From NCBI GenBank assembly GCA_016748015.1, contig JAAOMT010000741.1, positions 248,001-312,000 on the forward strand: DNA of 64,000 nucleotides. The letters run 5' to 3'. This DNA comes from Geosiphon pyriformis uo1. Taxonomy: Eukaryota; Fungi; Glomeromycota. The notes below the pieces were generated by a model, which was not told where the DNA came from, did not search any database, and saw only the letters and a list, made by a program, of their open reading frames with translations. Both the position numbers and the translations under genes were made by a program. Shown piece after piece: positions 35,501 to 48,042 of the stretch (position 1 is the first letter of the stretch; each line of letters begins with the position of its first letter).

Positions 35501-38500
35501 AGTTGTTAAGGCTTTTTGTCTGGTTTCTAGTAAGGAGTTTGCATCTTTGCTTAATAAGTAGCATATTTTGGATGTAGTCAATGTCTCTGTAGTGAAATCT
35601 TTCTTTCTTTCAGATTCTTGTTTTGACACTATTCATTCAGTTTTGGCTAAGATTAGAAAGTTTTATTGTTCTTCCAAAATGTCAAAATCGGAGTGTGCTA
35701 GAGATTTTCAAATCAGATTGGCAATTGATAAGAGGATAGAAAGCTTTAAGTTGAACAAAAGTCATACTATTAGGAGTGTATTGGAGCATTTTTTTCACAA
35801 GATTACTCTAAATTACTTGGTTGTTAATAGTGAATTGGTTCTGGATTCTAACCTGGTTAAGGCCAAAATGGATGTAATTATAGAAGAGTGGACTAGGAAA
35901 CATGTGATGGTAATTAATATTTCTGATGACTAGTGTCACTAATATCAACTTTTAAAGTATGTTTTTAATGATGCTTTCTTTGGTGTAATATGTCTGATTG
36001 ATTTCAATGATATGCTTAGTGTGATTTCAAATCTGTCTAATGAAAAAGCAGTTGGTCTTTCTAGTATTTCAAATAAATTATAGAAACATTGTGACCAATC
36101 AGTTTTGAATATGCTTTTGGTGCTTCTAAATTCTTGTTTGTGTAGTAAATCTGTTCCCAAGCCTTGGAGAAAAACTTAAGTGTTAATGATCCCCAAATTA
36201 TATGAGTGAGAAGGAGTTCTTACAAATACCTATCCAATTGCTTTGATTAAAACAGCTTGCAAGATCCTTTCCAAAAAATTTTCAGACAGGATTTTTTCAG
36301 CATGCAGTATTTTTAATGTATTTAGAGAGGATAATTTTTCTGTTTTAAAAGGCACAATAATACAATCTTCTATTTTTACAATTGGTTCAGTTATTAAAAA
36401 TGCTTTGGAAAAAGACCATGAACTCTGGCTTGTTTTACAAAACATGCAGAAGACTTATGACTCTGTCGGGTAGAAGCATTTTAGAAAAAGCTTAGTTAGA
36501 ATAAAGATGTGTAATAAATTTATTCAATTTTTTGGCAGCATTCATAATGATTGGGTTAACAGAGTTATAACTGATTTTGGGTTAACAAGTGATTATTAGG
36601 TACATGATAGTTTGGACCAAAAAGAGATATTTTTACCTTTTTTTTGGCACATATTTTATGATCCTCTGTTGTATGAAGTCAAAAGGCAGACAAATGTGTA
36701 TGGATACAAATTGAATTCACATTTTATTGCCAAAACTGATCACTCAGAATCTCAAACTGGTTTGACATCTTTTTTTGCTGCTGGTGTATTTGTTGATAAT
36801 ACAATTTGGATTGGTAACAGCCAAATCACTACTCAGCATATTCTTAATATTGTTAGTAAATTTTTTTGGCTCAATGACATTTCAATCAACAATAAAAAAA
36901 CTGTGGCCATTCCCATTAATTGTAGAGTTGTGCACCCTTTCTTGTTGATCAGTGGCTTGCTTATTTTTATTGCTAAAAAAAGAGAGTTTTATTAGTACCT
37001 AGATATTTTTCTGTCTACTAAAAATTTGTTGAAGCCCAGCTTGACTAAGGCTCATGTAAACATTTGTTTTTTTGCCAATTTTGTTTTGAGAAAAACTATC
37101 TTTGATAAACAGTTTTTATATTTGGTATCAGTAGTTCTTTTCTTAATTGTCAGCTATAGGTCTCAATTTAGTTTTGTTTTTGTTGGTGTGTGTAATAAGT
37201 AAGACACTTTGATTTACAAAGGCTTGAAATCCAAATTTGGTCTTCTGCATAACTTTTCCAATAATGCACTTCACTATTCCTTATTATATAATTTAAAAAC
37301 TTTTGAACAGATTTAAGCTGAAAGCAAATTGGCTTCTGTTGTTTGGTTTTTGAATTTGGTTGGTATTCTGAGTCATCTGTTTGCACATAGATTACATAAT
37401 CTGCAAGTGCTTAACTGAAATCCTCACCATCCTTTGCTTTTTTTATTTTATGTCAATATTAATCTGTCAAATAATTTTTTAGCTAGTGTAGTCCATATTT
37501 TTCTGAAGTGTAATCTGTTTCTGGGTGGTTTTGTGACTAATGTTTTTCGTTTCCAGAGTGATATCCCTTTGTCTCTTGTTCTCAGTAGTTCTAAGTTTTT
37601 CAAATATGTCTTTTCATTTTGACAGTATGAGATTGCTTTTGCTAAGCAGCTTTGCAATTGTGCTGGTGCAGTTTTTAATTGGAAAACATTTAAGTGGTGG
37701 AAAAGATTGAACCTGCATGGCCCAATTCCTAACTGGTTTGGGCTTTCTGTTTGTTTTCTTAATAGTGCTTCTTTTTTTCCCATTTGTTCTCTTTTTTTGG
37801 TAGATATTAATTTATTAGACATTCTTGAGTCCCATGAATTTGGGATTATTTGTGACTGTTTGTTGGGTGTTAATGCTGGTTGTCTTTCTGTTTATACAGA
37901 TGGATCTCTTAACAGTTTGGAAATTCTTGACATGAAGGCTGGCACAGCAGTTTTTTTTGAGAATATTAATTTGGGTTTGGATGTTAAAGTTTCTGGTTTG
38001 GTGTTCTCCATTATGACTGAGCTACAAGTTGTTGCTTTGGCACTTGAATGCATTTTTTTTTCTAATTTGGTTCAAATTTTCTCAGACAATTAGTCTGCTC
38101 TGGATGCTTGTAAATTGGAGTTGGGCTTGTTGTGTCTTGACTTCCAGAATTGGTGTTGGGTTAAGCGTCGTCATATCATGAATATTATTCATGAAAAGAG
38201 TTTAGAAATCAGTTGACATAAGATTAAAAATTATTTGAGTGTCTTGGGCAATAAGTGTGTTGATACTTTCACAAAGACTGCTTGTTTCTCTAATCAGTAT
38301 TTCTTTTATTATATTGCTAAATGTTATATTAGGGCTGGTGGTGGCATTTTTTTTGCTAATTCTAGATATTTTGTTCATAATATATTTCAGTCTGTTCATT
38401 GAACATGCTGGAAGGTTGGCTCTAGTTCTCAAATTGTGGTGGATTTTTTGCATGCAAACATTGATTGGTTTAGGTCATTTTTGATGTGGCATCCTGATTC

Positions 38501-40133
38501 ACATTTGACCTCTAATTTTATTAGTAGGAGTACTATTGGCACTTGCACTTATTTTATAAAGGCTTTGCATTACCAGTATTACTCATAGAATATAGGAAAT
38601 ATATATTAGCATAAATTAGCCAATCAGAAGTAACTGTAGTAAATGTGGAATTCCAGGATTCTTTTTAGAAGAATTGCAAGATTCCAGGAATTTTAGGATT
38701 CTTATACAAGGAATTACAGGATTCTAAGAATTGCAGAATTTCTGATGTAAAGAATTGAAGAATTGAGAAATCTCAATTATGTATATATAGTGATAAAGTT
38801 AGAAGCAGAAAAGACAGACCTCTCAGTTTAGATTTAATCTAAGCAACCTTCCACATCACAAATATCAATAAATAATTATTCAATAGCTTAAATTCACTCT
38901 CCACTATCAACATTTCATGTTGATAACAATTGATACTTAACCACACTGGAACAATAGCTCTTAATCATGACTATTAACAGGATACCAATATTCATTGTCT
39001 TGGCTTATTTTTCTTTTATTTTCTTTTTATCTTGTTATTTCTTTGTTTTACTAATTGATTGAAAATTAAGTGCTGAATTATTAATGTCAAGAATAGTCTG
39101 ATAAAAGGCCCCAAAGGAAGGATATAGGAATTAAGAATTTAAGAATTTAAGGATAGCTTACCAGAAAAACATTTCTGCTAGATTACCAGTCACCATACTG
39201 AGAAAAAAATTCAATAGAATTGCAATTCTGAGAGGCTACTGGGAAGATAACAATTGAATCTCTGTTTATTATACAAAAAACTCCACAACAAACCTTTAGA
39301 TCAACAAGATCTTCAGAAGTCAACATCATTAAATCAATTAAGCACCAAGTTATGGGTTTGTTATTTGCTCTAAGACCCCAAATATTCATCTGTAATACTG
39401 GCTTTCTGTTGCTGTTTATAAGTGTTTGTATGCTAAGAATTATCCAAGTGTAATATGTTTGTTTTATGAGGATATTGAGGTCTTAGACCATGTTTTCTTC
39501 TGTTTATTTGATTCTGATGTTTATGTTTAGTTGCTGGACACTTATGCAGCTAAATAGGAAGTGATTTCTGGTTTGTCTTATTTAGTCTCATGTGTATCAC
39601 AATGTTTGAGTTTCTGTTCTTCTAATGTTGTTGTATATGTGACTTTGAGCAAGGGTTTTATCTTCAATGATTAGTATTGGGAGTCTCTTTTTATTTTTAA
39701 AGATTTTAAAATTGCGGGTTGAACAGTTGTGAACTTTGTGTGCAGATTTGGCCTTGCATTCAGAGAGGAGATTTGATTAATTTATGTCAAACACCAGGCA
39801 TTTATAGAAAAAAATGAACTAATTTCACATAATGGGTCTGTTTTAGTCTCAGTATTTGAGCTTTCTTTAGTGTTTTCTGCTAGTGTAGTTAAATTTTTGG
39901 GTATTGTTGATGCTTTTAGTGTTAGTTTTGGTTTTCATAATTATTGTCAGTTTTTTTCAGGTTTAGATAGTATGGTTTTAGTTTGTATATATGTATAGTA
40001 TTGTTCTGATTAGTTTGAGTGGCTGGTTACATATAGAAAATGCATGATTCATGCTTAGTTTAGATCACTTAGTTAATATATTGTATTAGGTAGTGTTTGA
40101 ACTTCACTTGTTAAATAATAATAATAATAAAAA
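32563..40133 (+). mobile_element. Full-length decayed LINE (LINE-D), interrupted by a solo LTR
   Basis: ORF1 remnant ~32672-34504; ORF2 remnant 34501-39998 (TCNIKG, LGGDFN, FVDN, YTDGS); 3' UTR; (TAA)n/A tail 40112-40133. Confidence 0.92.
38577..39397 (+). mobile_element. Solo LTR (821 bp) related to 17284-18210, TSD CCAG/CTGG
   Basis: Termini TATTACTC...TGTAATA (decayed TG..CA); removal restores the host codons LH(Y)RL(S)VA with a CGG Arg codon. Confidence 0.9.
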
Positions 40134-40279
40134 ATAATTTAATTTATATATTATTTTTTTTAAGTAAAGCCCAACCACTATCTAATATATAGAACCAGAC
40201 TAAGTGGCTTAAACTAAATATGACTTATACTTTTACTACATATAACTAGTCATTCAAGTCAAACAAAATAACATTATAT

Positions 40280-40968
40280 TGTTATGAGTTGGAGTAACAA
40301 GCTAACGAATAGCAAGGGAGAACAAGATTGTAGGATAATAGAAATAATCAAAGGGAATTCAACTTCAAAGAGCAAATTGAATAGGTATGGATTCAATATG
40401 TGAGATCAGTCTCATAAAATATCTCAGTCGCTATTTTTTTTAAAAGGTAACTAGAGAATCTAAAGGTAGAGAGATAGTTCGTACTATCAACAAATGATTA
40501 CACTTGGTATAATTCTATGTCTTACATCAGTGCTCTTAAAATTCAATATCAAGTATCAGATGTGCTCTTTAGTCATATTTTATTCAATAATTTTCAAATA
40601 CTACACTTATATGTTTCAGAAAAAGAGTAAGAATTAACCATCAAGTAATCTTTTATCCCAAGATGTTCAAATACTTGAAGATAGGGAAAAGGAAATTAGC
40701 AATAAGAAAATAATTGAGATGAAAGTTGTTATTTTATTTATTCTTGATTATTTTTGAACATGCTTTTCTACAGCTAAGAGATTTATCACTTATATAGTTG
40801 TCAAAAGTGGTCAATAATCAGGTCAATAGTCAGGTCAATGATTAGGTCAATGGTCAGGTTAATGATCAGGTCAATGATCACTATCTAAAAATAGAGTGGC
40901 TAATTTATATGACATCAATGGCTAATACATGTAATAATTAATAAGAAGTATAAATTTCAACTGTAACA
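40280..40968 (-). repeat. Gypsy-2 3' LTR (689 bp; six 12-bp units at 40809-40880)
   Basis: TGTTATG...GTAACA termini; direct repeat of 47294-48042. Confidence 0.95.
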
Positions 40969-41639
40969 TCATCCTCTCCAAAGAGATTAAGCTCTGGCAA
41001 AATCAAGTTATTTATGGAGTAATCTATTTGGAGGGTTTTATCTAATTCAAAACTAACTAGTTTGTTGAAGTTTTTTGTGAATAAGGTATATAATACTTGA
41101 GACGAAATGAGTTTTTTATCTAAGAGACCAAATCTTTGTATTAGAGTTTTGGTTCTTTTAGCAATAGTTAAAACTCTTAAGACATCTAACCATATAATAC
41201 CCAAAATTTTTGTCTGTATCTCTAAAGTTGTTTTCTTCATGAGTTTTATATCCTTTATGATTTCACCAAGGCAACCATAGAGTTCTAATTGTCTTCCATA
41301 TGACAAGTTTTTGTTTATGGGTAAGATTTCTTGGAGTGTTTTTTCAATTGTGTTGGAAGGTAAGAGTATAACTGCTATTATACTTTCCAACAGATATTTA
41401 TCCATTTTGCTACCAATTTTTTTTCTTCTGGTAGTAGTTTTCTTTGGTCTAATAACAGTATGTGTTTTATTGTTATCAGTTATGGTGGTCTGTTTTCTAA
41501 TAGTCAGAGTAGCATTTGAATAGTTTTTGATCTAATACTTATAGAGAGTATAGAAGACATTTTGAATGTTTTGATCTAGAAAATAATTGTTTATGTTGAT
41601 TAAAAATACTTCTGTTTTGGGAATAATGCATTTATTTAT
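40938..41639 (-). pseudogene. Gypsy-2 ORF3 in the env position, running into the 3' LTR
   Basis: Frame open from ~41639 to 40938 with one TAG at 41532-41534; includes the tracked 155-aa ORF MDKYLLESII...; the stop lies inside the LTR. Confidence 0.65.
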
Positions 41640-44600
41640 ATTTGATTTTTACTGATCAATTGAATTGGTATTACTATAACAGGCAGCCAATCAGGTCGTT
41701 TATAATATTTTTTGAGTCATGTACTGTGAACAGGACAATTATTAAAAATTGTTCTGGATTGATCTTGAAGAATATAAGAACCATTGTTCAAAACTTTGTT
41801 CACTATAAAGGGTCCTTTCCACCAGCTAGAAAACTTATCACCATAAACATTGTCTCTGTCAGAATGGTATTCTAGTACCAAGTTACTAACACTTAAAGAA
41901 AGTGTTTTATAAGTTTTCTTTTTCTTAAGCTTTTCTTGGAACTGTTTTATCTTTTCAAAAGCAATTATTCGTGTTTCTACCAAGGAGTCAAGAATGGTAC
42001 CAAGTTTTCTTTGCAGAATGTCTTTATAATTCCCTATTGTGATTTCTTCAAAAGATATTGTCTTAATATCAGTTTCTATTGGTAGTGTTGCCATGTATTC
42101 ATAGAGCAGATAAAAAGGTTCATAACTTGTTATGTCATAATTCACAGTTCTATAAGCAAACAAAGCTGAAGGCAGTACTTTGTCTCATAAATTTGTTTTT
42201 TTACTGGTTTTGGCTAGGGTTTTACATAGTGTTCTATTAAAATGTTCTATTAGGCCATTTGTTTGGGGGTGATAAGGAGAGAAAAGTTTATGATGTATTC
42301 ACATTTTTTTACAAAGTTCTTTAACCAGTGTACTGAAAAAAGCTCTTCTTCTATCAGATAAAAGTTTTTTGGAGCAGCCATGATGGCAGATGATATTTTC
42401 ATAAATGAAATTGGCTATTGAGACTGCTGTTTGGTCAGGAGTGACTCTTGCTTCTACTTACTTTATAAGATAGTCAGTAGCTGTAATAACGTATCTGTTG
42501 CCATCAGGAGTTATTGTTAAAGATCCAACAACATCTATACCAATTCTGTCAAATAGTTGACCAACAGAGATTGGATGGATATTTTCTTTGTGATTGGGTT
42601 CTTCTTTGGCAGATGTTACAGTTTTGATGTATTCAGCAATGTCTTTTTCCAAAGTAGGCCAATAATAGTGAGCTAAAGTTTTCTGAATTGTCTTTGTTTT
42701 TTTAAAGTGTCCAACTAATAGATCAGTGTACATGTTGTATATTACAATTTCTCTTTCTTCAAATCTGATGATTCTTTGGAGACAGTCAGGATCTTTTCTG
42801 TTTTTTTTATATAGTTGATTCTGGCAAATCAAATAGAAATTTGATTGTTTGCACAAATGTTCTCTTTGCTGTCAAATGTATTCTGGTAGATATTGTTTTT
42901 TACCCAAAAATTCCATTAAGGCAGAGTAGTTGTCCAAATCCATTATCATGTTTGTTTGTAAAGAAGTTACTAATAATTAAGTTGGTTTGGTTTAAGAGGT
43001 TGTACTGTCACTGGGTGGTAAGTTTAGAGAAAGCATCGGTGTTTTAATGATTTGCTTCTTTGCGGTGTTGAATATTATAGTCAAATTCATCCAAGTAAAG
43101 TATCCAGTGAGTTATTCATTTGTGTTCCAGCTTCTTTTTATTGCACAGCCAAACCAAGACTTAATGATTTGTTACCACTAAGAATTTTGCACCAAGAAGA
43201 TATTAATTCCAATAACTAGTAGCCCAAACTACTGCTAAACATTCTTGTTCAGTAACTGAATAGTTTTTTTCTACTGGTGTAAGGAATCTACTGGCATATG
43301 CTATAGCATGTTCTCTGCTATTTTCATCTTTTTGTGAAAAGACAGCACTAAGTCCATAGCCAGATGTATCAGTGTGAAGGATGAAAGGTTGATTCAGATC
43401 TGGTTGCTTAAGAATTGGTTCAGTAACAAGTTTTTCCTTTAGAATTTCAAAAGCTTTTTATTAATAAGTGCCCCAGTAATAATTAACATTTTTCCTGAGT
43501 AGCTGATTGAAAGAAAAAGCAATTTTAGAGAAATCTTTAATAAATTTGCGATAATAAAAGGCCAAACTAAGGAAAAAGTGTAGTTTAGGAACATTTATTG
43601 GTTGTTTAATGTTCTGAACTTTTTCAACTTTAGCTTGGATCAAGGAAGATTCCATCTTTTGTAATAAGATAACCAAGAAACTGGGTGGATTGGCATCCAA
43701 AGAAAGATTTGACTAGGTTGATCTTAAGGCCAGCATTTCTAAGCAGGTCAAAAACCTTCTGTAAATGTTCAAGGTGTTCATCTCAGGTTTTTGAATATAC
43801 CATTATGTTATCCAAGTAAACCAAAACAAAGTTTTCTTTTACTGATTCAAACACTCTATTCATTAGACATTGAAAAGTGGGAGGAGCATTAATGAGACCA
43901 AAAGGCATAACTGTGAATTCATAGATACCATACTTGTTGATGAAAGCAGTTTTTTTTCTGCTTTCTGGATCCATCTTTACTTGCCAGAATCTAGTAGTTA
44001 AGTCAATGATTGAGAAGAAAGCAGTATCATTAAATTTATCTAGCATTGCATCAATTTTTGGGAGTAAGTATATGTCTCTTATAGTGATGGTATTTAATTG
44101 GTGGTAGTCAACACAGAAACATAGGGTTCTACCTTTCTTGGATACCACTACAACTGGAAAAGCCTATTCACTCTTGGTTTTTTGTATGAATCCAAAATCT
44201 TTCATTCGGTTTATCTCTTTCTTAATAAACTCATTATTGTGTCAATTGGATTGATAAGGCTTCAAATAGATGGGGTGAGTTTTTTTGTGGTAATAGTGTG
44301 TTGTATTACATGGGTTCATCCAGAGGTATTATCTTCTTTTGAGATAACTGGGCTATTTCTAGCCAACAGATTTTCAATGTCCACTTTTCTTTCTTCAAGG
44401 AAAGATTCTCTTTGTTCTATAACTAATGATTGGATTTCAAGTGGTTTATTCTCAAAAGACTTTTGTACTTCTTTAAGTTCTTCTCGAGGTATTAAGCTAA
44501 TTGGTTCCCAATCTTTGTAATAGATTAGGCAGAATTTGCATTCATCACTTAGTAAATACAAAAGTTTATTATACCAGCACTGTGCACAAGGACTATATCA

Positions 44601-47270
44601 CTAATAACTGTATTTGGCTTTTTTGCCAGGTTTTCTGTCAAAGGTTCTTCTAAGGATATTATAGTAGGGCCAGCAGATCAGCTTGCCATTCACCATAATT
44701 TCTTTTTTGTCAGCTTTAATATTGTCCAGTGGCTTGTCATTACTGGTAAAAATAGTATAGACAAGTTCAGCAGTTTCTTTTTGTTCTTTTTGATTTTTAT
44801 CATCATTACTCTCATCATTATCTGATTCATCTGATTGTTTTTCTTCTTGGTTCTGTTGGGTTACTGGAGAAGTTATCCAATGACAGCACTTAATCACAAT
44901 AGATTTTTTACTACATCTGATAGTTAGTTCACAGAGTTCATAATCAAGCAAGACTTTTGCTTTCTTAAGCCATTCATTGCCAACTATTATGATGTATTCT
45001 TTTGCTTTAGATACTTCTATGTCAGTTTCAATGCTGATGCCATTAATTCAGACAGAAACAGCTTTGGCTATGCCCAGATTTTTTTTTTGTCACCATATAT
45101 ATTGGTTATTAGTTTTGTAGACAGTTTATCAATTTCTCTGCCAATTGCTTCTAAAAAGTGTTTGGCAATAACACCAACAGATAATCTACTGTTCAGAATC
45201 AAATCAATAAAGTAGCCAGCCACTTGGGCTTTGCAAATCAGAAGAGTGATATTGCTGTTGTCAGCAAGTCCAGCTTGATGAAGATGCTTGTTGATTTTTG
45301 GTGTCTTCTTCTTTGGTATTAATGATTTGTGAAGATCTTTTCTGAATTGGGAATGAGTCATTAACTAGCCAAAGGTAATGTGAACAGAAGTTTTCATGAG
45401 ATTTTTGACAACAGAATATGGTTCAGATTTTTGTAGAATTTCTGGAGATTCCAACTTTGGAGGATTTTTAAAAACTTTAGCTTTTGGTAGCTCATTGTTA
45501 TCAGCAGTTAATGTGGAGACTTTTTTTGGATCTATAATGAAATTAATCTTGGCTTTCTTCTTCTTTCTTGTTGGTTCAGAAGTGTTGATTGCTAATTCAT
45601 CCATGTCATGGTCATCATTAGTTAGATTAAAAGCATAAAAGAAATTTTTTCTGGTTGGCTTGCACTCTCACTCTTTGGAAATGCACCTACCAGTTTAAAG
45701 GCTGATAAACAGTGGCTTCCACTAGGAGATCTTCTCCAAAGAAATTGATGTTGGCATAATTGAATCTTTGATTGAGAACATTATTATTGTTGGGTCTGTT
45801 ATTTTGGGTGTTATTATTTCTAGGAGCTGGAGAGGGCAATGAAGGATTGTTACAGTCTCTTGAGAAATGTCCAGTTAGTTCACAGTGATAGCACACAGAT
45901 GGGCCACAATTTTGCTGTCTTTGATATGGTGGTTGTTAAGGCTGATTGAAATGAAGTTCAAATCTGGGTCTTTGGGGTTGTTGATTTTTTCTAATTGCTT
46001 GGGCCAAAGGTTCCAGTAGCCAGACAAAATTTGCTATAAGCCTATCTATTAACTGTTCATTTGAATCTTGAGTTTGGGCAGCAAAAAAGATAGCAGCCAT
46101 TTGTGGAACAGAAGCCATAATAGAAGCAGGAGCAAAAACAGAAAGAGTAGATTCCAGATGCATCCTTTGGTTATCCTCTATTCTTTGGGCAAGTTCAATA
46201 GCCATATTCATTGTGGGATTATCTTTCAAGACCAAGAGAGGCCAAAGAGCATATAATAGATTAGTTCTCAGTTTTTTTGTGAAGAAATGTATTTTTTGCT
46301 CTTTTGTTCAATTTTTTCCAAAGTCTATCCATTTAATAAGTTTTTTTTATTGCTTTGGCATATTTTGTCACAACCTTACCAGGATTTTAAGTTCTTCTTT
46401 CTAATTTCATATGCCATTTTAAGATTAAGATGAAAGTTCTAAATTTAATTTCAAACCAGATTGTGAAAGAAATGTTTTTTTCTCCAGCATTGGCTGGTGT
46501 CCATTTAATGATTCTTTGCTGAGCATTGGCATTGGTTTTTTGTGAGAACCAAGTAGCAGAAGAGCCTTGGAAGTAGTCACCAACGATTTGAAACTTGTAT
46601 TCATTATCATATTGGTTTGCTGTGGCAGTTCTCTCAAAATTGTCCAGCCATTCAATTAGATCTTGGACATCATTTCTGAATAATGGTAATAAAATGTTGT
46701 TTTTTCGCTCTAAAGCAGTCTGTATAGCTTGAAAGATAATCAGAATGTTTTGTTGCAGAGAGTCTTGAGCCATTGGTTCAGGTGTAACTGTTTGTGTGAA
46801 GTGTTCTGATTTACTTAAAAAGAGATTAAAAACGGAAGCAGTTTGATAGCTTTCTTCTTTTGTTTCAAGAGGAGTTTTAGTTGATTGATGAACAGCAATC
46901 CAAATGTGGATTTGATGATTCAGATATTCGAAATCAGGGGGCTGTTGTTCAAAGATTGTAGAATATAAGAGCTGATTAATACTGTTGTTTTTTTCTTTAA
47001 AATTGTCTTCAAAATAAGCTTGGTCAAAGTAATAAGTTGTATAAGCTGTGTAGGTTTTAGCTAAATGTTTGTTTAGGAACCAGTTCCAAAAATCTTGGAA
47101 TTGTCTGCTGGATTGTTCTTCAATGGGGAAGCAAATCAAGCAGGAGGACAAAGAATTGAGTTCAATAAAGTCTAGATCATTTTTGTTGTGTGCTTTAAAG
47201 TGTTCTTCTGATTGTTGTGACAGATATAAATAATCACTCATACAATAGAAAACAAAGTAGATTTTGACAA

Positions 47271-47287
47271 CCTCACAGGGAGCACCA
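47271..47287 (-). promoter_or_regulatory. Gypsy-2 primer binding site (tRNA-Ile(UAU)- or elongator-Met-like)
   Basis: TGGTGCTCCCTGTGAGG, complementary to a tRNA 3' end ..CCTCAC...GGAGCACCA; 6-nt spacer to the LTR. Confidence 0.7.
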
Positions 47288-47293
47288 CTTTTA

Positions 47294-48042
47294 TGTTATG
47301 AGTTGGAGTAACAAGCTAATGGATAGCAAAGGAGAACAGGATTGTAGAGTGATGAAAATAATCAAAGGGAATTCAACTTCAAAGAGTAAATTGAATAAGT
47401 ATAGATTCAATATGTGAGATCAGTCTTATAAAATATCTCAGTCACTATTCTTTTCAAAAGGTAACTGGGGAATTTGAAGATAGAGAAATAGTTCATATTG
47501 TCAACAAATGATTACACTTGGTATAATTCTATGTCTCATGTTGGTGCTTTTAGAATTCAATATCAAGTATTAAATGTGCTCTTTAGTTATGTTTTATTCA
47601 ATAATCTTCAAATGCTACATTTATACATTTCAGAAAAAGGATAAAAATTAACCAACAAGTAATCTTTTATCCCAAGATGTTCAGATACTTGAAGGTAGGG
47701 AAAGAAAAATTAATGATAAGAGAATGATTGAGATAAAAGTTGTTATTTTATTTATTCTTAATTATTTTTGAACATGCTTTTCTACAGTTATGAGATTCAT
47801 TACTTATATAGTTGTCAAAAGTGGTCAATAATCAGATCAACGACTAGGTTAATAATCAGATTAATGGTTAAGTCAATAATCAGGTCATTGATCAGGTCAA
47901 TGATCAGATTAATAATCAGATCAATAGTCAGATCATTGATCAGATTAATAATCACTATCTAAAAATAGAATGGCTAATTTATATAACATCAATGATTAAT
48001 ACATGTAATAATTAATAAGAAGTATAAGTTTTAATCATAACA
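47294..48042 (-). repeat. Gypsy-2 5' LTR (749 bp; eleven 12-bp units at 47823-47954)
   Basis: Direct repeat of 40280-40968; consensus unit GGTCAATGATCA. Confidence 0.95.

Larger units (their letters stand above)
40280..48042 (-). mobile_element. Full-length decayed Ty3/Gypsy LTR retrotransposon with ORF3 (Gypsy-2), TSD ATAT/ATAT
   Basis: LTRs 40280-40968 and 47294-48042; TSD 40276-40279 and 48043-48046; gag 47241-45690 with knuckle CYHCELTGHFSRDC; protease ~45250-44870; RT (FCVDY, VMPFGL, YLDN); RH (LHTD.S); IN (IGIDVVG, YHPQTNG, WKGPF) ending at 41636; PPT GGAGAGGATGA at 40979-40969. Confidence 0.95.

Noticed and set aside
47768-47962. RSxI-repeat ORF, or a CRISPR-like array
   Set aside because: It is a 12-bp tandem repeat without spacers inside an LTR in eukaryotic DNA; the ORF is incidental.
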